Shown here piece by piece: positions 1 through 11,300 of a DNA stretch of 64,000 nucleotides. Both the position numbers and the translations under genes were made by a program. Positions within the stretch are counted from its first letter, which is position 1; the number at the start of each line of letters is the position of its first letter. The notes beneath the pieces were generated by a model that was given only the letters and a program-made list of their open reading frames with translations, did not search any database and was not told the DNA's origin. This DNA is from Chiloscyllium plagiosum. Taxonomy: Eukaryota. Location: the NCBI RefSeq assembly GCF_004010195.1, contig NC_057750.1:3773450-3837449 (forward strand), in the 5' to 3' direction.

Positions 1-127
1 TCTCAAACTTTGTCTCCATTAAAGAAAACTTCCTGGTTCCTCACCAGATCATAGCCTGGTGATCAGGTCTTGGATCATAACATAACCCTCAATATTCTGT
101 TGATCAAATCCAATTCAATGCTGCCAA

Positions 128-402
128 GAATAGATTCCCTACAGTGGAAACAGGCCCTTTGGCCCAACAAGTCAACACCGACCCTCTGAAGAGTTAACCC
201 ACCCAGACCCATTTCCCTCTGACTAATGAACCTAACACTATGGGCAATTTACCTGGCCCGCACATCTTTGGACTGTGGGAGAAAACCCACACAGACACAG
301 GGAGAATGTGCAAATTCCACACAGACAGTCACCTGAGGCTGGAATTGAACCTGGGACCTCCGGTGCAGTGAGGCAGCAGTGCTAACCACTGAGCCACCAT
401 GC
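128..402 (-). mobile_element. HE1/V-SINE-type tRNA-derived SINE
   Basis: tRNA-like head GGTGGCTCAGTGGTTAGCACTGCTGCCTCA...GGTTCAATTCC and CR1-like tail. Confidence 0.85.
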
Positions 403-1056
403 TTTGGGAATATTGTGAGAAGGGTGAAAGGCACAAGAGCCAACTGTTCTGCAAATGAAAAGAAAGATAACGCCATGGGTGAGGAATGCAATAAAAATCA
501 AAACTGCAAACAATGGTCACACTAACGCACAAGGATGAATGGAAGCTGCCAAAGCATAAGAATTAAGGATAAGGATTAGAAATTCAATGTACCCGGAGGC
601 TGAGAACAATACAGGACTGGAGTAAGAGGGACAGTTTGTGGTATAAATACATCTTTAAAAATACACACTAATTACAAATCAACACTGAAAAGGAGTAATG
701 GTATCCAATTGATTTGCAGGTTGTTTTTTGTCAGAAAAACCCATCTGGTTCACTAATGTCCTTCAGTGAAGGAAATCTGCTATCCTTACCTGGTCTGGCC
801 TACATGTGATTCCAGATCCACAGCAATGTAGTTGACATTTAACTTCCCTCTGAAATGGCCTAGCAAGTTGTACCAATTGCTGCAAAGTCTCAAAGAAATA
901 AAACTAGAAGGATCACCTGGCATTGACCTAGGCACTGGAAAAGACAACGGCAGAAATAGTCCTGTTGACCCTACAAAGTCCTCCTTACTAACATCCCGGG
1001 GCTAATGTCAAAATTGGGAGAGCTTGTCACAGACTTGTCAAGCAACAGCCTAATAT

Positions 1057-1178
1057 ATGAGAAAGTGAAGACTGCAGATGCTGGAGATCAGAGTCAAAAA
1101 ATATGGCGCTGGAAAAGCATACATGGTAAGGCAGCATCTGAGGTGCAGGTCAGTTGAAGTTTCAAGCATAAGCTCTTG
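1057..1178 (-). mobile_element. Short Penelope-type terminal-repeat insertion (family A) with 13-bp TSD
   Basis: gagaaagtgaagactgcagatgctgg... flanked by aacagcct(a/g)atat at 1044-1056 and 1179-1191. Confidence 0.65.
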
Positions 1179-1818
1179 AACAGCCTGATATTAGTCATAT
1201 CAAAGATCCTCAGACAATACCTTCCAAACCCATGACCACTTCCATCTAGAAGGACAAGGACAGCAGATACATGGGAACATTACCATTTTCTAGTGCCCCT
1301 CCAAGCCACTCAGCATCCAGACTTGGAACAATATCACTATTCCTTCACTGTTGCTGTCTCAAAATCTTGGAATTCTATTCCTGATGGCATTCTGAGTCGA
1401 TCCAGAGCAGGTGGGACTGCAGAGATTCAAGAAGGCAGCTCATCACCACCCTCTCAAGGGCAAGTAGGGACAAGCAATAAATGCTGGCCCAGCCAGTGAT
1501 ACTCACATCCCACAAGTGAATAAATAAAAAAAATACTAATGTAGAAAAACAAATATAATTTGTGCCCACCAATTCCAAGAGTGGGCGCTCCATTGCTTAC
1601 CCACAGATTGAATGACTGTAGCTCTACTGACTCAGGCCTCATTACTGGTAGGAAAGGACCTTCTGCACTTACTGATGCCCACCTGCCTGCGCTGTGACAA
1701 CAGTTAAAATCAGCTCTCCCAGTCTACCCAGAATACTCATGGCTTATTCTCAGAATCCCAAAACACTTCTTTCTCTTCTGCAGAGTACCCATTCTTTTTT
1801 GAACTATAGCAGAACTGG

Positions 1819-1990
1819 CTGAAAAATGTGTTGCTGGAAAAGTACAGCAGGTCAGGCAGGTCAGGAATCTTGAAGGGCTTATGTCCGAAATGTCGATTCT
1901 CCTGCTCCTTGGATGCTACCTGACCTGCTGTGCTTTTCCAGCAACATATTTTTCAGCTCTGATCTCCAGCATCTGCAGTCCTCACCTTCT
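1819..1990 (+). mobile_element. Fold-back Penelope-type terminal-repeat insertion (family A) with 14-bp TSD
   Basis: Inverted arms; TSD tatagcag(a/g)actgg at 1805-1818 and 1991-2004. Confidence 0.7.
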
Positions 1991-2825
1991 TATAGCAGGA
2001 CTGGGCATCCTACAGAGAAGGCTTGCTCTTCTGGGCTTCAACTCACCCCCTGTGAAACACTCTATTTGTGTTTACATTGCTGCTTCCTATTGTCATTTCA
2101 CTGCTTGGAGCTTTGGAAATTGCTGTTGTCTCACTGATCTGTGAGTCTCTGCAGACTGACCTCTCTAAATCAGCTATACAGATCAGGCATTGATTTTTGG
2201 TCCTTGAGACTCTGTGAGGCAACATCATGAGGCATCAACAAGCTCTTTCTCTCCCTTCCAATGAGGTTAAATGATGAAAATTCGACTGGTATTTCAGATA
2301 TGTAGAATAAGCAGACATATCTACAGAGGTTACTTTGGAAATATCTTCAACTATGACCACATTCTGTATAAAGGTACATTAATTGGAGCGGGTGTAGGCA
2401 TGAACAACAGAAATTATTCCAAGATCTGTGAGAGGAACTTAGAAAAACACAGGTTGCACAACCTATTGAGAAAATTTAAAGGGGCATCAAGCTGTATCAA
2501 ATTCTAAATTGTGTAGTTTAGAAGATAAAACCAAATACAGCTTCAAGGTAAGCCAGGCTAAATAGAAATTGTATACTGATATTGAAGACAGCTTAACATC
2601 TTTCTGTTTAGCTGTTATAGTTATGTCCTAAGGCAATTAATTAGATAATGTATTGATTAATCTTTTATGTTTGAATGATACCGACCGGGGGCAAAACAGT
2701 TTGCTCTGTTTTCAAATAAAAGTGCCATGGAATTTTTACCTTCACCTGAACAGCCAGCACTTCCAATGACCCAGCACTCAGTTTAGATTATTCAAAGCAA
2801 GCCAGGCAGCATCAGGAGGTGGAGA

Positions 2826-2860
2826 AGTCAACATTTTGGGTGTAACCCTTCTTCAGGACT
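2826..2860 (-). ncRNA. Decayed minimal hammerhead ribozyme motif (family B)
   Basis: AGUC-CUGAAGA-A-GGGU uac ACCC-(A)AAA-UGUU-GACU; stems I and II pair. Confidence 0.45.
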
Positions 2861-3116
2861 GGAGGGTGGGTGTAAGGGAAGCTGCAGATAAAGGGGGTGG
2901 GGTTACAGGGTGGTAAGGTGGGGATAGATGAGGACAGGTAGAGGGTATGACCTGGTTGGTCGATGGGAGGAATGAATCCAGTTGGTGGTTAGAAGGAAGG
3001 GTCGATGAGAGTAATAGAAGAGAGGGGGAGGGGCTGGGAGAGGAGTTGGATGGGAAGGAAGGTTATTTGAAATTGGAAAACTTAATGTTGAGTTCTCTGG
3101 GCTGTAGGCTACCTAG

Positions 3117-3432
3117 GGCAGTGTGGTGGCTCAGTGGTTAGCACTGATGTTAACCTGCCAAGGACCCAAGGTTTGATTCCAGCCTTGGGCGACTGTGTGT
3201 GGTGTTTGCACATTCCCCTTGGGTCTGTGTGGGTTTGCTCTGGTTTCCTCCCACAGTCCAAAGATGTGCAGGTTAGGTGAATTGGCCATGGAAAAATTGC
3301 CCATAGTGTCCAGGGATGTGTAGTAAGATTCATTAGTCAGGGGTAAATGTAGAGTAGGGAATGGGTTTGCGTGGGATACTCTTTGGAGGGTCAGTGTGGA
3401 CCGTTTCCATATTGTAGGGATTCTATTCTATT
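3117..3432 (+). mobile_element. HE1/V-SINE-type SINE inserted in a Penelope element
   Basis: A-box tggctcagtgg, B-box gtttgattcc, tail gattctattctatt. Confidence 0.85.
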
Positions 3433-4222
3433 CATGAGGAGTTGTTCCTCCAAATTGTCATCTGATTGATTGTGGCAATGGAGGATGCCAAGGATGGTCA
3501 TGTCAGGAAGGGAAATTAAAATGGGTGGTGACTGGGAGGTCAGGTCGGCCCCAGCTGAGATGATCTGCAATATGTTCCCTTAATTTACATTTGGTCTCCC
3601 CGATGTAGAGAAGACTACATTGGGAGCACCGGATACAGTAAAGTAGGTCAGAGGGGAGGCAGGTGAACCTCTGTCTTACCTGGAAGGACTGTTTGGGGCC
3701 CTGGATGGAGGTGAGGGGAGGTGTGCCGGCTGGTTTTGCATCTTTTCTGGTTGCAGGTGAAGGTACCTCAGGGTTCAGGGGTGTTGGTGGGGAGAGTGGC
3801 GCAAACCAAGGAATTTGCAAAGGGAACGGTCCTTGTGGAAAGCAAAGAGGAGTGGGGGAGGGGAAGATGTTCTTGGTGGCGGAGTCTAGTTGGAGCTGGT
3901 GGAAGTATTTAAGGATGTTGCGCTGGATGCAGAGAATGTGAGGTGGTAGGTGAGGACAAAGGGGGACCCTGCCTTTATTGCTTTGGGGGGGGGGGGCTTA
4001 CTCAACATTGAGTTCTCCAACTTCAAATAATCTCTCTTCCCATCACCCGACTCCCTTCCGAGCCCCGAGCCCCTTTTCCATTCCTCTCAATTACTCTTCC
4101 TTCTAGCTTCCAACTGGATTCATTCCTCCCATCAACCAACCAGGTCAGATCCTCTACCTGCATTCACCTTACCACCCTGACCCCCACCCCTATATCTGTA
4201 GCTTTCCTTACACCCACCTCCC

Positions 4223-4257
4223 AGTCCTGAAGAAGGGTTACACCCGAAATATTGACC
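4223..4257 (+). ncRNA. Minimal hammerhead ribozyme motif (family B), partly decayed
   Basis: aGUC-CUGAAGA-A-GGGU uac ACCC-GAAA-UAUU-GACc. Confidence 0.5.
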
Positions 4258-4601
4258 TCTCCACTTCCTGATGCTGCCTGGCGTGTTGTGTTCTTCCAGC
4301 CTCCTGTTTGTCTACCTTAGATTCCAGCATCTGCAGTTTCATTTATCTCTGAGCTTCTTCAAAAGCTAGGCCACTGCAATGCTGAGGGAATACTGCACTG
4401 TCTTTTGGATGCTATGTCAAAATTTTCACCACGCTACTTCAAAAGAAAAGTGGCTGGCCCCTCCAAATTGCCTGACTACTTCACCCAACATCACGGAAAA
4501 ATTGATTATTCAGGTCATTATTAACTTTGCTAATTACTGTGGATAAACTAGACCTTACTTTTTCTAGATCACACTATACTTCAATACGTGCTTCATTGGG
4601 T

Positions 4602-4641
4602 AAAAAGCGGTTTCCTGGGGCAAAAAGCGGTTTCCTGGGGC
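4602..4641. repeat. Perfect 20-bp tandem duplication
   Basis: aaaaagcggtttcctggggc x2. Confidence 0.85.
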
Positions 4642-5166
4642 TGCCTCTAGGTGATACATAAATGCAAAATTGTCATATTCCAGAGTATTCCTCGCTCGAC
4701 CAGCAGGAGGTGGTCATTTTCAGTCGTTGAGCGGAAGCAGGCCTTGTTGAGCGCCGCCTACCAGAAAGTTTACTTTCAGTTTTAACTGAGTTCTGTTATG
4801 TTTTATCTCAAATCTGACCTGAGATTTATTTTATTAGCTTCAAGCTTGTTGATCAAGACGATCTTGTAAAAATAACCCTAAAATCAGGCCTGGGATTTAT
4901 CTAAATTATAACAACACGATTTTAAAACAATGTTCAAGTTTTAATTTTTTTTAGTTTGGATCAGATCTTCAAGAACCCGCGCAGTTTGGAACAATCTGTG
5001 TTCTTTAAATATAATTGAATGTGTTCTGTTTAGATTCTGATCGGTTGTAAACAAAGGGCATTCTGTATTATTTGAATTAAATACTTTTTAAATCTATAAT
5101 TAATCTTTAATCCCCCCGCCATTTCGTCCTGTACCTGCGGAGTAGGATTGTTACTGACTCCACGCG

Positions 5167-5361
5167 ATGTCAGACAGTCCCAAGCCCCGGCTGGTATCTC
5201 TATCACATCAGAAACTGCCTCTCACCCCCTTCGGATGTTTATGGATCCCGTGCAGTAACCGATTCGTTTGCCTGGGGACTGACTCCGGCTCTGGGGCACC
5301 AAGTCGGGGAATAATCGGCGTGTACGAGACAACAAGCGGAGAGATCAAAGACATACATACG
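5167..5361 (+). CDS. DNAAF10: DNAAF10-like exon 1 ([10 protein letters not shown]...[14 protein letters not shown]...EIKDIHT)
   Basis: ATG at 5167 in a CpG-enriched patch; WIPCS motif resembles WDR92 WVPCS; donor ACG|gtaact, phase 0, matches the next exon. Confidence 0.8.
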
Positions 5362-8300
5362 GTAACTCTTTGTTTCTCTTTTGGCTCTTCCACAATCCAC
5401 GTTGCAAACTGTTGGGGAAAAGATAAAGGGAGTGTTACAGGATGGTGGGGAACTTTACAATGTAGCAACGACCAAGATTTAATGATGCGATTGGCCAGCG
5501 AAATAATGGCTACATTGCAACCTTGTACAATGAGCGAAAGTGAGGACTACAGATGCTGGAGATGAGTCAAGATGAGAGTAGAGGAATGAGGATTCCTGAT
5601 GAAGGGCTCCTGCCTGAATCGTCGATTTTCCTGCTCCTCGGATGCTGCCTGACCTGCTGTGCTTTTCCAGCACCACTCTAATCTCGATCCTTGTACAATG
5701 GATTAATTGGTCCTGTTCCATTTGGCGAGAACCTGATCCTATTCTCGACCATTACAGCAGCAAAATTACTAAATTCGGTTGCTGGAAATCAGAGGGAAAA
5801 AAAAAACCCCAGAAAATGCTAGAAACTTTCGAGTGGTTAGACAACATCTGTGAGAAATAGAACTTATTGATATTTCAGGTCAATGACCTTTCATCAGAAG
5901 TGGAAGAAGTTCAGACAGAACATAAATTTTAAGATGGAAGGATATATATTCTCAATTTCCACTTGCACAAATGTGTCTGTTTCCACGACTCACGTTGACA
6001 AAAAGGTTTTAAGATTTGTTTCTTTCTTCCCTGAAGGCATTGGTTTCTTACCATGGCAACGTTCAGCCTCCACCTTACCCCCACTCCAACATGGCTTGAC
6101 ATTGGTCGAGCTAGATTTGGTCACTTTGTAGAGTGGATGGGGGAGGCCATGAAGGTAGAACTGGAAATCCAGCAGAATTGACAGGAATGGTGCTGGGAAT
6201 TACGGAATGCTGCTTCATCAATGCCATTCCCTACTTCATAAGGTCAGAGATGGGAATTTTCACTGTTGATTACAGTGTTTAACTTCATTTGCAACTGCTC
6301 GGATGCTGAAGCAGTCCATATCTGCCTGAAACAAGAAATGGACAAAATTCAGGCTTGGGCTGATAGTAGCAAGTAATTTTTCTATCATGCAAATGCAGAC
6401 AAAAGTGTCTCCAACAACAGAGAATCCAATCACACATCTTCAACAGTCTAGGTCATTGTTGTAAGTAAATCTGCAATAATTAGAATTCACAGTCACCAGT
6501 GACCAGAAAATGCCTGGACAAACCACACATATACTATGACTACAAGAGCAGATCAGAGGTTGGATATTCTGCAGAAAATGATCCACCACCTGACTGTTGA
6601 AAGTTTGTTCACAATCTACAAGCTACCAGTCAGGAGTATGAGGGAGCAATCAACACTTACCTAATTAATGCAGCTACAACAATATTCAAAAAGCTCAACT
6701 TCATCTAGAACTTGGCAATCTTTTTCAAAACTCATCCAGCAGCCTAAATATCCAACTTTTTCTACCTACCTACTAGAACCTGAGAGTTTTGGTCTGCATC
6801 TTCACAATGGGTAGTGCAGTTACCAGCTGAGCATATGATGATTAAACTTGCAGTGTAATAGCTACTGTATCAGATTACTTCCAACTGTTATATTGTTTTA
6901 GAAACACATGGAAGGAGATTGCATTATAAATATCTGTAAAACTGCTGTGCACATTCAAACCGAAGAGTGGCAAGTTGTATATGATCCATCTTTCCTGTTA
7001 ATTGAGAAATATGTAACTTTGCATATCTCTGTTTCCGATTTTGTTTTTGGAACATTCCGAGATGTTACACTAAGTCTGGAGGAAAGACAAAGATAAAAAT
7101 GATAAAATAACTTAAAATGTGTCAGTGGTTATTCCATCTCATTATTCTGCGGTTTTGCCTGAGATTTGCGTTTTTCTTTTTCTAATTAAAAGGGTGGTAA
7201 CTGTTTAAAGAAGTGTTGGAAAAAACACTTGCACTGTCCTCCACATTGCTTGCAGATAAGGTGACAATGATAATTTTATCTTTTTTGCTTTCACGGCCTT
7301 TATTCTTACCTTCTGTACTAACATTCGGCAATCTACAATTTCAATGAGATTTTTAATTCTTTAAAGAGATGTGGAAATCACTGGCAGGACCAGCACTTAT
7401 TGCCCACTTCTGATTGCCCTTGAGCTGTTGTGCTTTCAGAAAGCAGTTAAGAGTCAATCGCATTTCTCTGGGTCTGGCCAAACCAGGTAAGGGCAGCAGA
7501 TTAAAACAGATGCTGGAGAAATTCAGCATCTGCGGAAAGAGAAAGACAGAGTTAACATTTCAACCATTATTTTATTTCAGATTTCCAGCATTTGCAGGAT
7601 TATTAGCAAGTCAGTGTGCATGATTGAAACAGCAGATATTTTAGAACAATCAACAGGACTTCCATGTCCATTAGATTTTTATAAATTCTAACATTTATAT
7701 TGAATTAAAATTTCACTGTCTGCATGGTGAGATTTGAAACCACATCCCCACAGCATTAGTCTAGGTGGTCTACGTAACTAGTCTCAGTGACAAGCCCACA
7801 ATACCTCAACTTGCCCATTATTGACTTTGCTGAGTTATATATACAAGGGCTGAAAGAAACACTATATATGGCAGGCTTTCACTGCAGTACAGTTTTGAGG
7901 AAATGCTGCAATCTCAGAGATGTTGTCTGCCCTCTCAAGTGGACGTAAAGGTACATGGCTATTGAGAAGGTTTCCATGATATTTGGTCAATATTTATCCT
8001 TTTTACTGAAGGATAAATATTGTCACATTATCTCAGTGTTATCAGTGAGAGCTTGCTGTGCAGAAATTTACAGCCCTGCTTCTCACATTACAACAGTAAT
8101 TGAACTTGAAAAGGTACCTCAGTGACTGTGAAGCTTTGGAACACACTGAGGCCATGAAAGGTGGCATACAAATACAGGTCTTTCTTTTCACATCATTGCT
8201 GTTTGTGGGATCTTGCTATGTGCAAATCAACACATCACTTGTATGAAATGAGGTGACCATATCATGCTCCATGCCATTGTAATTTATCGTGATATTAAGT

Positions 8301-11300
8301 AGTTTTTGCGTTTGTAAATACTGTGATTGGGTGCTGTATAAACACAAGTCTTTCTTTTAGTATCAAAGAAGGTAAAGTTATAAAATTTCTTTTTTCCAGG
8401 ATGAGGCAAGGCAGACATTTTGTTACCCATTCTTAATTTGGAGATTAGTTACTCTTGTGAGTGTAGAAAAAGAAACGGAAGGTACAATTAATAAATTATT
8501 TGTTTATGTCTTTGTTAAAAAAAATGTTTTTAAAAATCCCAGTAACACAGTAACCCTCAGTCTGGAGGTTAAAGGAAGAGAAGATATTGGTACCATTCTG
8601 ATTATTAGGGTAGTGGTACTGAGTAAACTGATGACACTGCAGGTTGATAGGTTACTGGGTTATAATGGGCTTCACCTTTAAGTCTTAAAAGAAGTGGCTA
8701 ATGAGTTAATAGATGTGTTGGTGTTAATTTTCCAAAATGTGTCAATATTTCTATTCAAGAGGGATGGAGGTAGAAAAAAGGCAACTTTAGGCTGGTTAGC
8801 TTGACATTTGTCATTGAGGAGTTAGAATCAATTGTTATGGAAGTTATATCTGGGCACTTAGAAAAACCTAAGGTAATCAGGAAGAATTATCATGGTTTTG
8901 TGAAAGGGATGTTTTGTTTACCCATGTTGTTGAAATTCTTTGCAAGAGTAATACATATTGTGAATAAAGGGGAGCCCATTCATGGACTGTTCTTGGTTTT
9001 CCAGAAGGCATTTGGCAAGGTTCCACACAAAAGGTTACTGCACAAATAAAATTTCATGGTATAGGGGGTCATGTGTAAGCATAAATAGAAGACCGGCTGA
9101 CTGGCGGAAAATAGAAATTATGAATAAGTGAGACTTTTTCAGATTGGCAGGATCTGATGAGTGGGGTCCCTCAGGTTCTGTGCTGGGCCCTTAAACATTT
9201 ACAATATATACAGTTTGGGTGAGGGAATTAGAAGCACGGTATCTACATTTGCAAATGAGATAAAGATAGGTAAGAAAGTATGTTTTGAAGATGACATAAC
9301 AAGGAAAAAAGACTGATTTAAATAGTTTCATTGGACAAAGTCTGGTGGAACGAGCATAATGTAGGATAATTGTTCCCTTTGTCAGGAAAATAAAGAAGCA
9401 GAGTATTATTTAAACAGTAACAACTGCAGAATTTCAAAGTGCAGAGCAATCTAGTGTCACAAGCTACTCTTTTTTTAATCTAAAAGCTATTCCTTGGCTC
9501 AAGGATACCCTATCCTTGATTATTTTCAGAGGGGTAATAAACCAGGCCAGGCTCCAATCAGTCTGGTTTGGTACAAAAATGAAAAGGATTTTGAGAGGTG
9601 TTTTGTTTATATGTAAACAGGTGAGACTTCAGGCCAAAGTGGTCATGTATTAGAAGTGACCTGAATAAAGAAAGGGGAGTGGTCAGCTCTCTCGCTGAGC
9701 TGAGCAGTTTAGTTCAGCCTTTGAACTGGTGAGGAGTTCAACAGGGATCTGTGTGGAAACCCTCCCTTCAATGTCAACCTGTAAGCATGTGTTCTATTTA
9801 TGCTGGTTTTCAAAGGGAGTTTGCTTATTGGGACTATTATTTGGAACAGCATAATTAAGTCTAGTTTGGTTAGACTGAGTTCTGTAGGTGTTCTTTATTC
9901 TGTTCTTTGTGTTTCATTGTGTAATTTTGTGGATAAATTTTTGTCTGTTTTAAAATCTAGTAGTCAACCTAGCAAACTTTCACTGTACACTTACCGAAAC
10001 AAATTGCAAAGTTATGGTCTGAGCTGACTGCTTAAGAATGTTTTAAATGGTCTGGCTTAGTCCATAACACTAGATAGTACGATGCATGAGACACAATATG
10101 TTAGTATGCAAGTACAATGATTAAGAAGGCGAGCGGAATATATCCTTTATTATTTTGGTGAGACCACATCTCAAATACAGTGTACGGTATTGGTCTGTTT
10201 ATTTAAGGAAGAATGTAAATGCATTGGAGGTAGTTCAGAGGAGGTTTACTAGAAATATACCTGGAATGATACCTGGTTGACTTATGAGGATAGATTGAGG
10301 AGGCTGGGTTTGTTTTTGCATGAGTTTAGAAGAGTTGGGGTCAATTTACTCAAAGTTTATAAGATCCTGAATGGTCTTGACAAGGTAGACCTGGGTAGGA
10401 TACTAACTTTTGTGGGTCAGTCCACTTTTAAAATTAGGGATCACCTTTTTAGGACTGAGATTAGAAGTTTTTTTTCTCAGGCGATTGTGCAACTTTGGAA
10501 CTTGCCACCCAAGTTGATAGGATTGTTAAGAAGGTGTATGGTGTGTTAGCTTTCATTAGCAGGGGGGCTGAGTTTATGTTGCAGCTCTATAAAGCCCTGG
10601 TTAGAACACACTTGGAATATTGTGTTCGGTTCTGGTCGCCTCATTCTTGGAAAGATGTGGAAGCTTTAGAGAGGGTACAGAGGAGACCTAGCAGGATGCT
10701 GTGTGGCCTGGAGGGCATTTCTTATGAAGAAAGATTGAGAGAGCGAGGGCTTTTCTCATTGGAGTGAAGAAGAATGAGAGGTGACTTGATAGAGTTGTAC
10801 AAGATGTTGAGAGGCATAGGTAGACTGAATAGCTAGAGACTTTTTCCCAGGGCAGAAACGGCTATCATGAGTGGGCATAATTTTAAGGTGATTAGAGGAA
10901 GGTTACAGGTAGATGTCAAAGGTAGTTTTTTTTCACAGAGACTAGTGGATACGTGGAATGGACTGCTAGCGGTGGGAGTAGAGTCAGGTACATTAGGGAC
11001 ATTTAAGTGACTCTTGGATAGGCACATGGATGATAGTAAAATGAAGGGTATGTAGGTTAGTTTGATTTTAGAGTAGGATAAAGGATTGGCACAACATCAA
11101 GGGCTGAAAGGCCTGTACTGTGCTGTACTGTTCTAAAGCGGTGGAAACTCCGTCATTGAATATTTTGAAGGTATATAAAGAAAATAATGTTTTATTTTTA
11201 TCAGTCCTTTGCAGATTTCTTGAGTATTCACAATAATGAATAGGCCACCTATTTCAGTGCAATCGGTTGATGGATAAATTTATGTTCTCCCAAGAGAGAA

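Larger units (their letters stand above)
2795..4350 (-). mobile_element. Penelope-like element 3' fragment (GIY-YIG endonuclease remnant) with inverted terminal-repeat copy at about 4000-4350
   Basis: ORF 3503..3820 (-) FTC...LLYCIRCSQCSLLYIGETKCKLREHIADHL is GIY-YIG-like; 2800-3100 is inverted relative to 4000-4290; interrupted by a SINE. Confidence 0.8.

Noticed and set aside
5362-5565. Extension of ORF 5167..5565 past the exon 1 donor
   Set aside because: Read-through into intron 1 and a repeat; similarity to WDR92 resumes only at 11672.
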